From: Mobula hypostoma
Lineage: Eukaryota
DNA length: 64,000 nt
Direction of reading: 5' to 3'
Assembly (NCBI RefSeq): GCF_963921235.1
Contig: NC_086098.1
Location: 1,674,001-1,738,000 of the forward strand
This document shows, piece by piece, positions 60,661 through 64,000 of the stretch (the first letter of the stretch is position 1; each line of letters opens with the position of its first letter). The translations under genes and the position numbers were made by a program. The notes under the pieces were generated by a model. That model did no database searches, was not told where the DNA came from, and worked only from the letters and a program-made list of their open reading frames with translations.

Positions 60661-61570
60661 GGCTCCATCCACACTAGACTGGATAATTTTGAAAACGCCG
60701 GTTTCGAGTAAAAACGACAGGTGTCCACACTAGGCGTTTTTCAAAATATCTCTGTCCACATTAAAACGGATATTTGGGCGAATCTACTCCTACTGGGCAT
60801 GTGCAGACACATCTACAGAAAACAGGCGAAGAGGAAATGGTATAATATTAATGTTTCCATGGCAGCGTTGTGCTATTTCCATTGGTCAAAAACTAGAGTA
60901 CCAACAACAACAGCGAAAGAAAGTTTTCAATAATGTCTTCGAGGAATACAAAGAAAACCTCCGCTGGAAAAAGCAGACCGGACTCTTTCGTTTAGACAGA
61001 CAATGAAGTCGAGTTGTTTCTGCGAGTTACAAAACGACTACAAAGTTAGCAAAGCAGTGGAGATGTTTAACTCCAAACAAGCTATTAATGTAGACAAAAA
61101 AGTAAACAACACACACATGAAGCCGTCCTCTACCCAGGATCAACAAGAGAGTGGAATCTTCTGCTGCCAGACCTGTGCAGTATTTCTGACATTAATATTT
61201 TTAAAGATAGACTCAATCAAATCAACTTAGGGGATCTAGTCAAAACAGCTCACTTTACAATTTAACTCTCACGCCGTTCACACCGACTGCGTGTTATAAA
61301 AGCCGTCCAGTAGTGCTTGCGCAGTACCAAGCAGAAGCAGAGAAAGCATTGTTGTGGTGGTGTTGTCATAACAGCGTCTTAAAATATCTCTGTTTACCCT
61401 GTATACACTGCAACACGCAACAATCATTTTCAAATTTACACACTCTGGAGAGTGTTTTAGAAAAGCTCCGTTTTCGGGGGATGAAAACGCCATTTCAATG
61501 TGGACGGAGGGTCAAAATGAAGAGAAAAAGCTTTGTTTTCAAAATTATCCGGCGTAGTGAAGACGTAGCC
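60661..61570 (+). mobile_element. Non-autonomous PIF/Harbinger-type DNA transposon, TSD TCA
   Basis: Left end GGCTCCATCCACACTAGACTGGATAATTTTGAAAAC; right end reverse-complemented GGCTACGTCTTCACTACGCCGGATAATTTTGAAAAC; Myb/SANT-like remnant at 60933. Confidence 0.85.
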
Positions 61571-61797
61571 TCAGAGAGTCAGAGAGCCAGAGAGCACTAC
61601 GGGCCATTCATAATGGGTTCTGTACTAAACAATGGAGATTGCAATGTACTGTATCTCATAGAGTCGGTGGGCACTACAGAACAGACACCCACAGGCCATT
61701 CACACATTTCATCATGGGGTCCGTACTAAACAACGGAGATTGCAATGTACCTCAGAGAGTTAAATAGTCCAACTGCACAGAAACAGGCCATTCATAC

Positions 61798-61931
61798 CTT
61801 CTGCTTGGAAACAAGGGGAATGTCATTAACACCCACTCTTGTGATGTTCTCCAAGATGAATTCGTCCTCATTCAACTGCTTTTCTGCATTCTTCTGGAGA
61901 CTTTCCTTTACGTTTGCATCTACAGTTGATC
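61798..61931 (-). CDS. Candidate host coding exon, 134 nt, protein not recognised
   Basis: Acceptor aatcctcgctttttcacag|G, donor AAG|GTATGA, single open frame STVDANVKESLQKNAEKQLNEDEFILENITRVGVNDIPLVSKQK. Confidence 0.4.
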
Positions 61932-62139
61932 CTGTGAAAAAGCGAGGATTAATATGAATACCCAGCTGTGAATCCTCATGCTGGTCATTCGTCCTATCCA
62001 GTAGCAACTGACATTCACACACTCTTTCATTCAAGATCCAAGATTGATGTCACTTCCAGTACACAAGCGTAAAGGAGAATAAAATAATTGTTACTCCAGA
62101 TCGGATGCAGTTACAAATCTGAAGGAGTTACACATTTAG

Positions 62140-62960
62140 GAAGAGGTGAGACGGGATTGGAGAATGCCAATTCATTGTGGGTGGAGTTAAGAAACTGAAA
62201 GGGTAAAAAAGCCATTATGGGAATCATATATTGGCCTCCTAATAGTCATAGTCATAGTCATACTTTATTGATCCCGAGGGAAATTGGTTTTCGTTACAGT
62301 TGCACCATAAATAAATAGTAATAAAACCATAAATAATTAAATAGTAATATGTAAATTATGCCAGGAAATAAGTCCAGGACCAGCCTATTGGCTCAGGGTG
62401 TCTGACCCTCCAAGGGAGGAGTTGTAAAGTTTGATGGCCACAGGCAGGAATGACTTTCTATGACGCTCAGTATTGCATCTTGGTGGAATGAGTCTCTGAC
62501 TGAATGTACTCCTGTGCCCAACCAGTACATTATGTAGTGGATGGGAGACATTGTCCAAGATGGCATGCAACTTGGACAGCATCCTCTTTTCAGACACCAC
62601 CGTCAGAGAGTCCAGTTCCATCGCCACAACATCACTGGCCTTACGAATGAGTTTGTTGATTCTGTTGGTGTCTGTTACCCTCAGCCTGCTGCCCCAGCAC
62701 ACAACAGCAAACATGCTCACACTGGCCACCACAGACTAGAATAGTAGCAAAGATGTGGGGTTGAGATTGCAACAGGAGCTGGAAAAGGCACCTAATAAGG
62801 GTAATGACATAATTATAATGGGGGGACTTCTATATGCCAGGATATTGGGAAAATCCAGTTGGGGTCAGATTGCAAGAGAGGGAATTTGCTGAATGCCTAT
62901 GAGGTGGGTTTTTAGAGCAGCTTGTGCTTGAGCTTACTCAGAGAAAGGCCGTCTCAGAGT
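62140..62960 (+). mobile_element. Old CR1 endonuclease fragment split by a Rex1 copy
   Basis: TGTGGGTGGAGTTAAGAAACT, GGCCTCCTAATAGT|AGCAAAGATG, ATGGGGGGACTTC. Confidence 0.7.
62247..62739 (-). mobile_element. Young Rex1-type LINE 3' end, TSD AATAGT
   Basis: Stop-free 115-aa ORF (FAVVCWGS, HPLH, SFLPVAIKLYN); (ATGACT)n tail; AATAGT at 62241-62246 and 62740-62745. Confidence 0.85.
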
Positions 62961-63454
62961 TAGAATCAGGTTTATTATCACTGGCGTGTGACTTGAAATT
63001 TGTTAACTTAGCAGCAGCAGTTCAATGCAATACATAATCTAGAAGGGAGAAACAAAAATAAAATAAGAGGTAAGAACATAAGAAATAGGAGCAGCAGTAG
63101 GCCATCTGGCCCATCGAGCCTGCCCCGTCATTCAATAAGATCACGGCTGAACTGTCTGTAAACTCAGCTCCATCCACCTACCTTTTCCCCATAACCCTTA
63201 ATTCCCCTACTCTGTAAAAATATATCTAACTGTATCTTAAATATATTTAGTGAAGAAGCCCCAACTGCTTCTCTGGGCAGAGAATTCCATAGATTCACCA
63301 CTCTCCGGGAAAAACAGTTCCTCCTCATCTCCATCCTAAATCTTGTCCCCTGAATCTCGAGGCAATGTCCCCTAGTTCTAGTCTCACCTACCAATGGAAA
63401 CAACTTTCCTACTTCTATCTTATCTACCCCTTTCAATATTTTGTATGTTTCTAT

Positions 63455-63599
63455 CTTTTCTGTGGATTGTCACCTTGTCGCGGTGGAGAAGCTTGTGTGG
63501 TCCTGTGATCCCGAGAGCAATGCCGTCTGGAGCTATGCTCCTGGTAGGGTCACCCATGGCGGTAAGGTCGAGGGTGAGGTCCCTGACAAAGAACAATCC
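63455..63599 (+). ncRNA. Predicted HDV-like double-pseudoknot RNA
   Basis: Manual pairing: P1 CTTTTCT/GGAGAAG, P2 GGATTGT/ACAATCC, P3 ACC/GGT, L3 TTGTCGC, J4/2 GACAAA. Confidence 0.5.
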
Positions 63600-63877
63600 A
63601 ACCAAGACCTCAACAGTGGAACAGGCGGACGAAGTTACTTCGAACTCAACAGCTGTGAAGGCGGATGAAGGCTGCAACAAATCCATCAGCTCCAATCGTC
63701 GTGGTTTCCATTCCATTGGAACCAGTTTGTTGATTTGTGAAGTATCGTGTGCTTCTTGGAGTGCAACATCAAGTACACGTTAAACAAATACACGCACAGG
63801 TGTCTTCACTCTGTGGGCCACTTCTTGGGAACGAAGACCATCATCCTCAACCTCGAGGGATAGCCACAATGACGATG
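63455..63877 (+). mobile_element. RTE-headed non-autonomous retroelement, 423 bp, 10-bp TSD
   Basis: ATGTTTCTAT at 63445-63454 and ATGTTTCAAT at 63878-63887; RTE-like head CACCTTGTCGCGGTGG...TGACAAAG; GATGA-type tail. Confidence 0.82.
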
Positions 63878-64000
63878 ATGTTTCAATAAGATCTCCTCTC
63901 ATTCTTCTGAATTCCAGAGAGTATAGTCCCAGGCGACTCAATCGCTCCTCACAAGTTAACTCCTTCATCTCTGGAATCAACCGGGTGACCCTCCTCTAGA

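Larger units (their letters stand above)
63072..64000 (-). mobile_element. CR1 3' portion split by the RTE-headed element
   Basis: LGLYSLEFRRMRGDLIET (63880-63980) continues as MKGVDK...NLWNSLP (63164-63436). Confidence 0.88.

Overview
Vertebrate nuclear DNA. The repeat set (many CR1 subfamilies with short-unit tails, HE1-like V-SINEs, Penelope, Rex1/Babar) suggests a cartilaginous fish; this is an inference. The window looks intronic or intergenic, and most of it is decayed, nested non-LTR retrotransposons. Almost every long ORF in the track is a CR1 ORF2 (APE endonuclease/reverse transcriptase) fragment, its antisense shadow, or a translation of GA-rich repeats. It also holds one near-full-length CR1 with a zinc-finger/SGNH-esterase ORF1, and fragments of Rex1/Babar, Penelope, R4/Dong and Crack/L2-group LINEs. 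Other elements are tRNA-derived SINEs, a solo LTR, a hAT (Charlie/Buster-like) and a PIF/Harbinger non-autonomous DNA transposon, a ~10.7-kb GA-rich core-plus-spacer satellite and several minisatellites. I recognise no host gene, only weak candidate exons. The strongest signals are RNA-structural. Two short RTE-headed non-autonomous elements have 5' ends that fit an HDV-like double pseudoknot with different but complementary helices in the two copies. Penelope-derived mini-elements carry minimal hammerhead cores. All family assignments are by eye, and boundaries are approximate unless fixed by a target-site duplication (TSD).
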